From contig NMRA01000123.1 in NCBI GenBank assembly GCA_002633005.1, positions 464,364 through 528,363 on the forward strand: a stretch of 64,000 nucleotides of DNA, read 5' to 3'. Below are positions 52,491 to 64,000 of this stretch, in pieces. Positions within the stretch are counted from its first letter, which is position 1. Every line of letters starts with the position of its first letter. Below the pieces are notes generated by a model. The model ran no database searches, was not told the DNA's origin, and saw only the letters and a list, made by a program, of their open reading frames with translations. The DNA comes from Phoronis australis. Its lineage: Eukaryota; Animalia; Phoronida. The translations under genes and the position numbers were made by a program.

Positions 52491-54599
52491 GGAACTGTAT
52501 GATGCAAAGAACAAAACAATAGGTGAAACACGTAACTTTATATTGAAAGTAATATGGCCGACTCAAATTTGACAAATGGGGGTAGGACAGGGCGAGGGAT
52601 GCAGACAGGCAAACTCGGATGGAAAATTCGCAAACTCAATTAAATGACCCTCGGAGACCTTTTATCGACTAACTGTTGTCAGAAAAGTGCACACGCAGAC
52701 ACTGTCTGGGAACTCCTCTCGACACACATTCTCATACGCTTGCTTGCACTGAAGGTTTACTGTCTGTTAGAATGCACGTTGCCTTCGTGGATTGAATGAT
52801 GTAGGCGCTAAAGGGATTCTCGGCTGCTGAATTACACAGAGCTTCGATCTCTCAGGGATCCAAGTGATTTGTGTTTTTCGTAACTAGACATTGAGGCACG
52901 TGTAGCCAGGTAAGAGTGGTTTGTCATGACTGTTGACGTACAAGCTTGCGGCTAGACCACACTGTTCCACAGATCCGTCGATCACTATCCTTAATTAATC
53001 GCAAAGACGGTTAATTACTATACATGTCAAAACTTCTGACTGTCTCAGTTACAGAGATCAAGATATCAATGCAGCAAACAAAAGATGGTGTCTTCTGATA
53101 AACGGCAAAGTGTGAAATGGTGCCAGACAGTATCTTGTAAGTTCAATGTAAAACCTTTTGTTTCTAATACGGTCCGTGGTAGCGTGCAATTATCCTTGGG
53201 TCCATGACCAACCCATCACCGTAGTACTCAGTGGAACAATGGTAGTTTTGCGATCCTGTAGATGTATACCTCTCTTGTCCGTAGCCTCCGAGATTCAAAG
53301 TCCATATTGTCGAGAAGTTCAGTATATCTATTTCCTTTGTTTAGGCCACAAACAACAATAGAAGTCAGGTTATGTCTTCAGTTTAATTATCTTGAAATTT
53401 GATTTTTCAGCCACTGCAGCCTATATAACCGTTATTGTCGATCCACCTTCGGCAAGTAAAAACAATGGCAACGCTGTAAAGAAGAACTAGTTCCTGGAAC
53501 CCAGAAATCACATCTAGCATATTATCTGAGTAAGAAACTTAAGTTGATCCCAGTTTTAAGATAAACGATGGAAATCAGAATTGAATATTTTCACGGACGA
53601 CTAGCTACTAACAGTTTTTAGTGTACAGCTACATTATGGATCTACAGGAGAACAAAATGTGATGGCGAGCTCCACGGTATCTTTTTACTAGTCGTCCAGG
53701 GGTCAGTTTCGTGACAAGTGGCTTTAAGAGACTGAAATAAAATGTGGACTTACGCTCTACACAACTACATGTATTTCTGACATAATGAATCTCATGTGAG
53801 CAAAAGAACAAAGTGTTTCATGGGCGGCGCAGCACTGAAAAAGTGGGACTATAGCCTCCCCCCTATGGTGCGCCCCCCATGTGTTTGAAAGATGAAATAC
53901 AAACCTGTCTTTAATTGAAATAAACTATAGGCTAATTTCAGACTGATGCAGAATGCACTCATACATGTAGTTACTTGGATTAGGTATTTGCTGAACACTT
54001 TTAAAGTTGGAAGCGTAAGATCGAATGTTTGTCTCAAGTCAAAATCCATTTTGATGAAAAGCCTCCCAGTTTTTCGAAGAGATATGAATGATGAGTAATA
54101 ATGTTCACGGACGAAGCGTTAAGAGATGGAACTTTTAATTCACATCCGCGCCATGTACAAAGAGGAGAACAATGTCATGATGGCCATCTCCAAGCTGTGG
54201 TTTTCCTGGAAACTAATGGCCAGAACTGCACAGAAGTTAGAAATAATGCTACAGATGTGCTGTATTGCAGAGGACACGTGTTTTCTGTGGAAAACAATAG
54301 ATGCTTTTATGTCGGTTTTTCAACAACTTTGGTGCGCCGACGACTGTTCGTGTTCTCTGCAGTGGGAATGGTGTTCAGGTTAAATGTAGGATACATTATT
54401 AGAAGGTGCACGATAATAGTGTGGAGTTGTATAACAGCCAGCTGTTTATTCCATTATGCATATTTTAACAATATACATGTAGGATGTCTTATTCAACATT
54501 TCGAGCTGCTCAAGACATTCACATCACATTAACGGGCATCAATAGTCAAACTCAGTTACATCAAAATGGCGCTAAGGCCGTAATTCTGGATCAACTTAC

Positions 54600-54740
54600 T
54601 TGTGCATTTGCCGTCTGGATATTCCATGGTAGGAGGTTTGCAGTAACATAATCCATTAGTCCTTCTGCATGCCATGCTGGGGTTGGAACAGTAGCTGCCG
54701 CCGTGAGCACAGTGGAAATAACTTTTGGCTTCACTGAATC
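54600..54740 (-). CDS. Exon: 6-Cys EB/EGF-like module (47 codons, phase 1-1)
   Basis: ctgtcaatag|GA TTC...ACA A|gtaagt; HCAHGGSYCSNPSMACRRTNGLCYCKPPTMEYPDGKC. Confidence 0.75.
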
Positions 54741-55736
54741 CTATTGACAGGTAGGACATGTAAACAGCGTTTCGACAAAATGTAGTTCAAAACGTCCATA
54801 AGTGTGGAGGGAATGAAATCACCAAGACAACACCAGATTGAACGAAGGAAGCGAAATTGTATGTAATATCGTACGAAATATTGGTCACATTGGCGCGATG
54901 ATTTAAGTTTGCAAAGAAAACATAAGCCGATGTTTCATTTCAATTTCATTCCCATGCAGTCTGCACACTACAACAAAATTCAGGTGCTCCATAGAACTTT
55001 AGCTAGGGCTAGAGTAATATGATTTGTCCAATGAGGAAACAACAAATCAATCGCTAAATGGAGTTTTGCTCGGTGAAACCAGTAGTTGTGGGGGCGCCTT
55101 TACATATTTCTTTATAATTGGAGCTACATGTAAGCCTAAATGATGGTAAGTACGCAGCTTGGTCTCTGGCGAGTATCAAAGAAAAACTTTAAAAGAGAAA
55201 GCGTAAATTACTGGCTGAAAAGATTTAATTGAAAGGTAATTTTTCGTATGTTATCTCTATTCCCTGCTCGTACGGGAGCGCTATTTTGCCGTCACGAGTG
55301 TCAGTGTATGACATGGCATCACACACACTAGTCGCGCTTATTGCAACCAAAGTTCAACGCCTGCTGCGGGATGTGCAGTCGGGCAACTAGCATAATTAGT
55401 GAACCCACGTCTCGAGAGCTTTTGTAAAATGTCAGAAGTGAACACTTTTATTAATCAATGAAAAAATCAAGTGCTCATTGGGGATGAGCCATTGAATATA
55501 CAAGTAGCACACCATGTTGTGTGTACTTTCTCTTCGTGACTACCACCATCACAATTCCGTTGGTTTGTTTAGGCGCTTATGCAGGACGTGCCACCTTTTT
55601 GTGCTCAAGTTTCACGAATACTAAATTCCTTGTGAAGGTGTTTCCCCATTAAGTGTACTGTGGAGGGGCTTCGTTTTGGGGTCTGGAACTCAAATAGATC
55701 AACTCCATCTTTCGTGCTTACAAGCTAGGACCCAAA

Positions 55737-55788
55737 ATGGCATTCCCAGTTAAATGTGCTTGGCTTATTTTGCTGGTACTCTTAACAG
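55737..55788 (+). CDS. Signal-peptide first exon of an opposite-strand secreted-protein gene
   Basis: caaaATGG Kozak-like context; MAFPVKCAWLILLVLLT G|gtgagt, a consensus phase-1 donor. Confidence 0.55.
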
Positions 55789-58741
55789 GTGAGTACAGGT
55801 GTATCTTAAATTCCTGGCAGCATGCCACATCAAGATTTTGGTTAGTACTCCCGAGGGTTGGTCACGTGACGTGACTGGTGACGCAAATCGTGTCAAAGTA
55901 GGAAATTCTATATTCATCAAAGTACATGCATATTACATAGTTTGTGTGGATATAGTAGAATGAAGACTAAAGTAGCACAGGAGTTGGCACCATAGTCGTC
56001 CTCATATACAGTGTGTACATGTAGGGACCTGAAGGGTGAAATGAACGTCCACCTGTACAGTGTTTCACTAATGGTGGGAGAATTTTGAAGTAAAATATAG
56101 AACCTCATCAATGAAGTATCAGACGAATGGAAAAGATGTTTTTAATCTTGATTCGAAAATAATACGGAGGAAGGGTCAAAGTTGGCAACATTTTCGTGAA
56201 AACTATTTACGTTCTCGAAACTGTTCAGAAGAAAACACAAATACAAGGAATCAGTACATGTATCTAGTTTTAATTAAGTATCAGTCCACGGATACACCGA
56301 CCACTGTACAGCCAACAAGCGGCAAGGTGGGGGGGTCAACCATTCAGATCCATGTTTAGTCTGATAAATCAGATTACGGATGAGAGAAATTGGATGAAGT
56401 ATGACACCACAAGTTTGGTGGTTTAGGAGATACAAGGGAAGTGTTCTGGGGGGCAAAATGAGGCAATTTCTTGGTGTGGAATGAGTCATATTTGACCAAA
56501 TTTTCTACTCCAGTTTCTGCTTCAAATAGAATCGTTTCTGAACAATTTCAGTAAAAACGGCACCGACACTGCAATATCGGTTACCATGGTAACACTGGAA
56601 CTGTTTCCGTGGAGGTACATTTCCGTCTTGTGAAAAACCAGCAGTAAGCTGTACCCTTATAGCGAAGCTGCCCCCGCGTGAAAACTAAAAATAATAACAT
56701 GGACATGTAGAGGACTCCATGCCCTTGAAATTAATACAGGCAGGCTTGATAATAGGTGTCTGAATTTCACTATTTTCAGACCGCGTATGTGTATTTGTCA
56801 TGTTAAACCAGTCACTAGTTGTGCGCTGTTTCTACGCATTAATATGCCGTGGTATAATACAACAATTAAAACAATTGGTTTGCTTAAATGTTTTTAATTA
56901 ATTTTAAGGACACTAGTATTTCCCAATAAAATATGAAATTATACTAAATTTGTTCATCCAATTCGTCTGAATACCAAACTAAAGCTTACAATGCGTTAGT
57001 TGAATGATGGCTGACATAAAGTGCGGGTTTGCGAATTTTTCTATTTATCTGGCACTGCCAGTCGCACCGAATGTGGTATTTCTAGAAATTGCGGAGAGAA
57101 ACAACTTTGGAAACTCTAGGGAAATGCACAAGGTATAGAGCGAGACATTTGAGCACCTTATAAGAGTGCGTAGAGCTGATGTGGAGGTGGAAGGTGTCCT
57201 CCTGACCTGAGTAGTCTATCTCAGTGTCTGCCTCGGAGGCAGGTGTGCAGAGCTACATAATCTACCGTGTTAGATTCACTTAACCGAATCATCGTTGCAA
57301 CACTCGAGATATATTGGCGTCGCCAAAGACACTTAGAACATCCACTGCACACTAGAGGAGAAATCTGATAGAGGTCTGAAAATGACCAAAGACGTTAAGT
57401 CAAGGTTCAACGTCCTGCTTCGTGTGAGCTCTGGTAGGAATCACTAAACTCCAGGGTCTGACCCTGAGGAATATTTTTAGAAGCACGTCATTCATACAAA
57501 AATACTTTTATTGACACACCGTGATTGTTTATAACTTGGGCCTTATTGCTTAATCATATCTTATTCAAATGTTTTCTGCGATTGAAGTTAATTAAACATG
57601 CTAAAGCCGTCAAAAATATTGGTGCCTTCACTTTAGCTTGGTATTCATATTTTCTGAGCCGAAATGGCCACATTAAATTTAATATGTTTAATTTTTCATT
57701 AATACAATTTTAGGAATCGGGAAAGGCTTATGCTGAAGAAGTGGCTTCTGCTGAAGTTGGAGACTTGCCGATTATTAGTAAAGGTTGGGTATGGAAAAGT
57801 TCACAACCAGCAAGAAGGTACCCTTCTGGACAACTAAGTGAGGGGGCTAGAGAGAGGCCGAAAATTCTACTCCCAGAAGATACGTCAAAGAGAATTTGTA
57901 GCTTGAGGAACGAGTTGGGGAAAAAGTATTTGCCAAAGATTACTGGATTATACCACAACAGGTCCAAAGTAATTTGTTGAGATAGGCCACTTTCAGAAAA
58001 TGTGGGGAAACTGGGACAGAGGAAGTGGAGTATGCATTGAAAGAGGCAATCTGCGATTGTCAAGGATGTAGCGTTGTAAAAATTCAAAGGGAGGAAACAG
58101 TACAGTGGCTGGACCTGTAAATACTCTGGCTGATCTGGTAAATCCAGTGGGGGCATTATTGTGGCATCACAGCTGTGTAGGGAAGTAGGTTTGTGTGTTG
58201 TCGCAAGCTTTGTTTGCACCAGAACTGCTTGTGTGAACAGCACAAATCTAAAATTTACCTAGTCTAAGACTGAATTTTTGTCCAGGCACGGATCATGATC
58301 CTGGGCCACATGGTAATGGTACATTGTTCATTTTTTTAACCACTGGATTTTTTGGTCTGACAGGATTTCTCAGTGTCGGCATCACATTTAGATGATTTCT
58401 GACCACTGTACTATTCTTTTTCCTTGAAGATGCGTAATTGATCTGAATTTATGTTTCCGCATTTTATTTACCATTATAGATTTTTGTTTGTAAATGGGTA
58501 TATATTACTGAAATTTGAGACCCTGTTGCAGTTAGGCTGGTTTTGTTAACTTATCTTTCTGCCTGGGTTGTAAACCCATATTCTGTCCAGGAGGTAATAA
58601 GTTTTGATTTAGACCATTTACATCTATAAACTTTGCTCAGTTTACCACTAACACTAGGTCCCGAATAGTTATAGGAAGGGGCATTCAAATGAGATAACGC
58701 TGGTATGAACCACAAACAAGAAAGTTAAACATCATTAGACA

Positions 58742-58969
58742 TCAAACGTGTGACAAATCGAATCTTAAACCGCCTCTTTTATTTAGAGAGGGACTCTGAA
58801 TGCGCTCATGGAGAGCTTCCTTTACACCCCTTCTGAACCAATCCTCCTCAAAGTCTAGGATAGTGACATCATCAGGATTGAAATCATGTCCAGTGGTGAA
58901 CAAGTGGCTAAAAATAGCCGAATCATAAGTGTGCCCGTAACTAGGACGACGATGTTGTGACATACGCAC
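58742..58969 (-). mobile_element. Penelope-like retroelement fragment (GIY-YIG endonuclease C-terminus)
   Basis: RMSQHRR..SAIFSHLFTTGHDF..VTILDFEEDWFRRGVKEALHERIQSPSLNKRGG. Confidence 0.85.
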
Positions 58970-60239
58970 GTCAGTTGCACTGTTTTTCAATTGTTCGGTT
59001 GTAAAAGGCAAGGTGAGTGCCGGTTAATTCCTAAATTTTGAACGCACACCGGCCGGTCCTTAGCTTTTCATAACCGGGCCGTAGGAAGCGGGTGGGGTGA
59101 GGGGCGGGGGGCACTCCCCCCAGATATTTTCAGGTGTCAGGGTTAAACCGTAGAAAGCGACATGGACGTGGGGCCGGGGAAAGTCGAGAAAAGAACGACT
59201 GCAAAGTACGGATAAGAGAGAAAGTTCAAGAGAACATTTAACAACTCTGCACCAGTGCATGGTTCACCCTTTGAGGACCCTGGCCAAAACATTGTCATTA
59301 GGGTCTCCGCTTTTGCAGCACAGGTCGTGTAAACGTACACATATATTTTGAAAAATCGAGAAATTTATAAAACGAAAATTTTGGGGAGCGTACAAATTTA
59401 CTGGGTGTTTTAATTCAACTTAAGTCAATTTTGCGAATGCAAAACTGTATTTTCCAGAGGCCCCTCTCTGGCAAGGGATAACGGAGACAACTTTCGCTTT
59501 ATTTTTTTTCTCGAAACTGCATATCACTTGAGAAAAATTGGTGACCTGACAGATAACATCAATTGCTGCGCATTTCCTGATATTTGAAAATGTAGATATT
59601 TTCATATTTAGGGTCCCCGCCCTTGAAGGAGGCCATTGATGACATTCAAGTGGCCACCTTTTTGTGTTTTTATTGACAAACTCTTAAGGGGCCGCTCACG
59701 GAGAGAGGGCCCAATGCTGGAATCGATTACCTCTATTTTCCTGTTTTTTTATGAAATCCTGCAACCGGTTTTCATGTTGAAGGAGGTCATTCCCTGCATC
59801 ATTTAAGGACCACATGACGGTGGAATGCACTGTCACTCTTTTTTCCAAGCGTAATGATGTTTGGCCTTTCATCTTAAGATGTCCTATTTCAGAGGGTACC
59901 CTCTCTCGGTGGAGCAGTTCGGGGGATACATGTATGTCCCTTTGTCCCTCTATATATGTAAATCCGACACTGCCAAGTATTTACGAGGGAAGTTGAGATT
60001 CCAAATTCACCAAAAATCACAAAACATTCGTGCACAGCACAGCCATTCGACTCAAACAACAAAAAATGTGAAAAAATACAGGGTGGAATTTTGAAGAACG
60101 TGAATACCTCTACTTGTGAATTACACAAAAGAACTATTTCCGATGGCTAGCTATATAATAATGTTAATGTTTCCTGTAGTATCACAAGAATAGTGTCTCT
60201 TTTGAAGATTGTTACTATTTTGACGATAGTCTTCAGAGA

Positions 60240-60680
60240 GTTAGCTGGCCAGCTAGGAACCACTGTGTGTTGTCGTCCTTAGACCCCAAAATTTCACACA
60301 GCCCGGGTAGTTCTGTTCGTTACTTCGTCATGAAACTACTTGTAATATCAACGTGTAGAGCTAACGACTGGCATGTAAAAATTGGGAGACAACCAACCCT
60401 CAACACGCCCGTTGCAGCTATTTAAGTGAAAAACAATCTCATAAACGCCATCCTTCTTGCATAATTCCCGCCTTTTGTAATTTAATCTGTCGTCACTTTC
60501 AAAACACTACGCTCATGTGCACGCGCCATTTCCTAAATTCTTTGCTACATCTCTAGGTATATTACAGCAGTTTCGCAGCAGGAAAGTTAGTTCTGAAATT
60601 CGGTTTCCTTAAATTAAAGTGTTGAACACTTTTAAAGAAATTAATTAAATCAGTTTTGGTAACTTGTCACAAAAATATGC
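60240..60680. repeat. Copy of dispersed repeat (right-arm orientation)
   Basis: tagacccc.aaatt.caca.agcc.gggtagttctg and tttaagtgaaaaacaat are shared with 62785-62945. Confidence 0.7.
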
Positions 60681-60753
60681 CTTATACTTTAAGCCATTAT
60701 GGTTTGCTACTTTTTTCTCTGAAACTATAAAAATGTTGACCTGTAGGACTTAC

Positions 60754-61651
60754 GAGCTGGAATCGTGCCACTGAACATCTTTGCTTTCAACAGATGTTGT
60801 GATGCATCCGTACAGTAGGTTTGCGACAAGTAACTGAAACCACTTTCGCCGCATAAAAAGGTCGCATGTATATCTCTGCGATTTGACTCAAAATATCCGG
60901 ATTCAACAAGTTTATCAATTGTCTTCTGTACATCTCTGCCCTGCAGTCCCGCCGTTTGCCAACATCGCAACGTCACGGCCCTTGCCAGCTGTTTTGGTGG
61001 CTTCCCGCGTAAGTTGTCGAAGTTCTTGGAAAGGAAAATACCACTGTACCCTACATTCTTCATATCTCGCATCATCACACTAAAATCAGATCTTGTCCTC
61101 TCAGAGACGAGTAAAGTAAATATTGAAAATCCTGTGCTAAGGTAGGCATCTTTGATAAAGCTGATGTCATACTTCATAGGATTCCTCGTCTTCATGCTAG
61201 AAGTCTCCTGTGTAGGACCGTCCATAAGGACTACTAATACCTGTACATCCTGAGTGTTTGATGGTGAAAACATTTCTAAACGAGTTTCCGACAGGGCAAG
61301 GGCTAAGAGTCTTTTGCGGTTATTGCAATTCAACGCAAAATTTGTTGGCAGTTCTAGCCAATCTAAAGCATTATGAAAATTACTTTTGTTAACAAGATGG
61401 ATTCTGACATCACTCAACACATCTGAAAACATTGCCATACTGAACAGTTCCGTGTCACCGAAATTTTCCGCAACTGAGTGAAGAAATTCTTTTATTTGTT
61501 CAAACTTTTTCCCCGAAATCCCGATGCAAGGAACCAGAAAATTAATCCTCATCGCACAGTCCTTCGGTGGTTCACTTACAGAAATGCACTCAGTTACTGA
61601 CATAATCGCAATAAAAATGATCTCTTTTCTTGAATCTGCACAACAAAGCAT
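60754..61651 (-). CDS. Probable first coding exon: hydrophobic N-terminus + von Willebrand factor A domain
   Basis: 308-aa ORF. INFLV..ISGKKFEQIKEFLHSVAENF..FSMAMFSD..ALALSETRLEMF..VLVVLMDG..IFTLLV. Phase-1 donor GCT C|gtaagt. Confidence 0.8.
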
Positions 61652-62139
61652 CTTCGATACCTCATTCAGGAAATGGCAAAAGTTCTAAGACAACTTCATT
61701 GCGTCGTTAATTCACTATGAACGTGCTAACTTGTTAAAACATGACGTTACTTTTGAAATGCATAAGATTTCACGTATCTAAAACTCGTAACATATTAGTC
61801 AGTCCACCTATTGTGGGACAGACGTACCTTCCAATGGAAGGACGGATCCAAAATGGAAACGAAGGACTATGACTGGGATGGATGAGTGTTGAAAGTACCG
61901 TCATTGTCTGATAAATTATGTACACACTTAAACCTCGCAGCATACCTTTCAAAGTCTACATCTTTAGCACTGTGCCTACTACAGCAACTGTGCCGTTAGC
62001 CTTGGCGCCGAACTGTATAGTAGATATACAGCTTTGCGCCGATGTGGGTAAAAACATGAGCAGATAAAATCTGACACAAAATTATTGTTATTAAAACTAC
62101 ATCCTTCCTTGAGTACACTAAATTATTTACCGGCGTTGG

Positions 62140-63065
62140 AAAAAGTGGTGTTCTACCGTTATTCTGTAGCTAAAGTTGTGGAGCTATCTTATGCGTATGC
62201 TTTCGGCGCAATGAAATATTGCGTCACCTATAGGGCCAGTTTCTTTTTTCGCCGATTCTTCAATCAACTGTTATTCTTTCACGAGGTTGCGTACACGTCG
62301 GAACCGGTTTCACTTCAATAAAAGTTTTTAGATTTTTGATACTGAAAAATCGAATTTCAGAAGAAATTTTGCTGCTGCCAAGCTATCATCATCTCCCAAT
62401 AGATGTCGCAAAAATTTGAGAAAATGGCGCGTGCGCGTGTCACGAGCGTACTGATTTCAATACGACGACATAACTTTTGTTTTTTAGAAAAGGCGGAGGA
62501 TTACGCAAGGAAAGGACATTTTGTTAAATTGCTTTCTACTTAAACGGTACTAACGTGCAAGGTGAGTGTCGTTTGATTCCCAGATTTTGCATGCATCCCG
62601 TCCGGTCTTTAACTCTACAGGTTGAATCAGGCTTCACGGCGAGTTTACGAGCAGAACTACCCTGGCTGTGTGCAATTTCGGGGTGTGTGGAAGAAAAACG
62701 TACATTGGTACCTAGCCAGCCAGCTAGCTGTATGATGCCTGTCGCCAAAATACAGCTAGGTCCCACTGCGTGTATTTCGTCCGTAGACCCCGAAATTGCA
62801 CATAGCCAGGGTAGTTCTGCTCGTCACCGCGCCGTGAAATTTGTATCAACATGTTAAGCTAAAGACCGGACGGGGTGCATGCAAAATCTGGGAATCAACC
62901 GATACTCACCCTGCCCGTTACAGCCGTTTAAGTGAAAAACAATGCAATAAACGTCATTTTCTTGCGTAACTCTCCGCCTTTTCTAACAATGAAAAGTATG
63001 TCGTGGTTTCGAAAACAATACGCTCGTGTCACGCGTACGAGCCACTTCCTAAATTTTCGCGACAA
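62140..63065. mobile_element. Foldback/MITE element with ~300 bp inverted arms (62403-62700 / 62770-63065)
   Basis: ttgattcccagattttgcatgca.cccgtccggtcttta vs taaagaccggacggggtgcatgcaaaatctgggaatcaa, with a ~70 bp spacer. Confidence 0.85.
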
Positions 63066-64000
63066 CTTCGGAGCACAGGCGCTTGGGTTTATCGCAAATG
63101 ACGTCACAATATATATATAAGAAAACATAAAGGTTGGACACTTAAACTTTGCAAAGCCGAGGCTCCCAACTTCAACCGTCCAAAATCCAAATAAAATCTG
63201 CGTGCACCTCCCTCAGTCTGGTGTTGCATAAACCTTCGAAGCCTTATCTTTCCTAGATCCCATTAACTGTCTTCGTGAGTGGTGAATTGGCGATGGAATT
63301 TCCAAAACAATCTCAAAACTGTGAATTCAAGGACCTGAAATAGTAAACATGGCGGATTTCTGTTGTGCTTCAACTTGTACGCCTGACGTAGGTGAAACTT
63401 CAAGTTTGAGCAAGCAACCTATATTTCAAATTCAATAACTCTAATCCAAAACTCAACTAATTGAGAATGTTAAAGTTAGTATTTTAATGATTATTTGTAA
63501 CTTTATTCCACTGACGGCTCATTTTAGCCCTTAACTTAGAATTTTATTGCATAAACTGGCGTATCTTGTTTCTCATCTTGACATCACGCACTTTTTTGAT
63601 TGAAGCACAACACACACTCGGCCAGGAAACGCAGTCCGTGCAAGTATTACAATGCGCGTGGCCGACGAGTTAACTCAATGGTTTTGGCCAAAAATAAAAC
63701 CTTCATAAGAAATCACAGTACACAAAAAACTTCGCATATCAATACAGTATCAGGATAATTTATATTTGACACAAATATGTGAGTAATTACATTTATTTGG
63801 CAATAAAGTGCTCTCTGCTTCTCATGATCAAGTAGTCGATGGATTGACGGCGAAAGCCGCGCGAAATTAGACTTTCGGATTTAGCTCGGGAGCGTCGGTC
63901 AAAACCCGGATGTGCGAAGACCGTCTGCCATGACATCACGGAATCAGGTCCTTGAATTTGTGATTTTGGCATTGTTTTGGCATTTTTGTCGCCAAATCAC

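Noticed and set aside
57100-58243. 171-aa minus ORF and plus-strand ILLPEDTSKRICSLRNEL resembling a LINE ORF1 C-terminus
   Set aside because: Too decayed to call. There are no ORF2 motifs, and the minus ORF has no recognisable domain.

Overview
This is eukaryotic, intron-rich, TE-rich DNA from an animal. A marine invertebrate, probably a lophotrochozoan, is inferred from the TE families and the frequent TACATGTA motif. I found no operons, rRNA, tRNA or CRISPR. The main signal is a minus-strand series of 12 intact exons with GT donors, 11 of them symmetric phase 1-1 with AG acceptors. They can be spliced into one ~1,176-codon ORF: putative signal + VWA (60754-61651), a 6-Cys EB/EGF-like module, three L1/neuroglian-like Ig domains, and six divergent PAN/apple-like modules with a vicinal Cys-Cys (4919-15578). 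No terminal exon was identified. The introns contain about 20 decayed Ig, FN3 and PAN exon remnants on BOTH strands, plus two orphan signal-peptide exons. This looks like a rapidly turning-over exon-cassette locus for an extracellular, possibly immune, receptor family. TEs include an Academ remnant, a non-autonomous Kolobok, a near-full-length Mag-type Gypsy nested in a THAP remnant, an older Gypsy, a Penelope GIY-YIG fragment, and several MITE/foldback elements. All domain calls are by-eye motif recognition, not database results.
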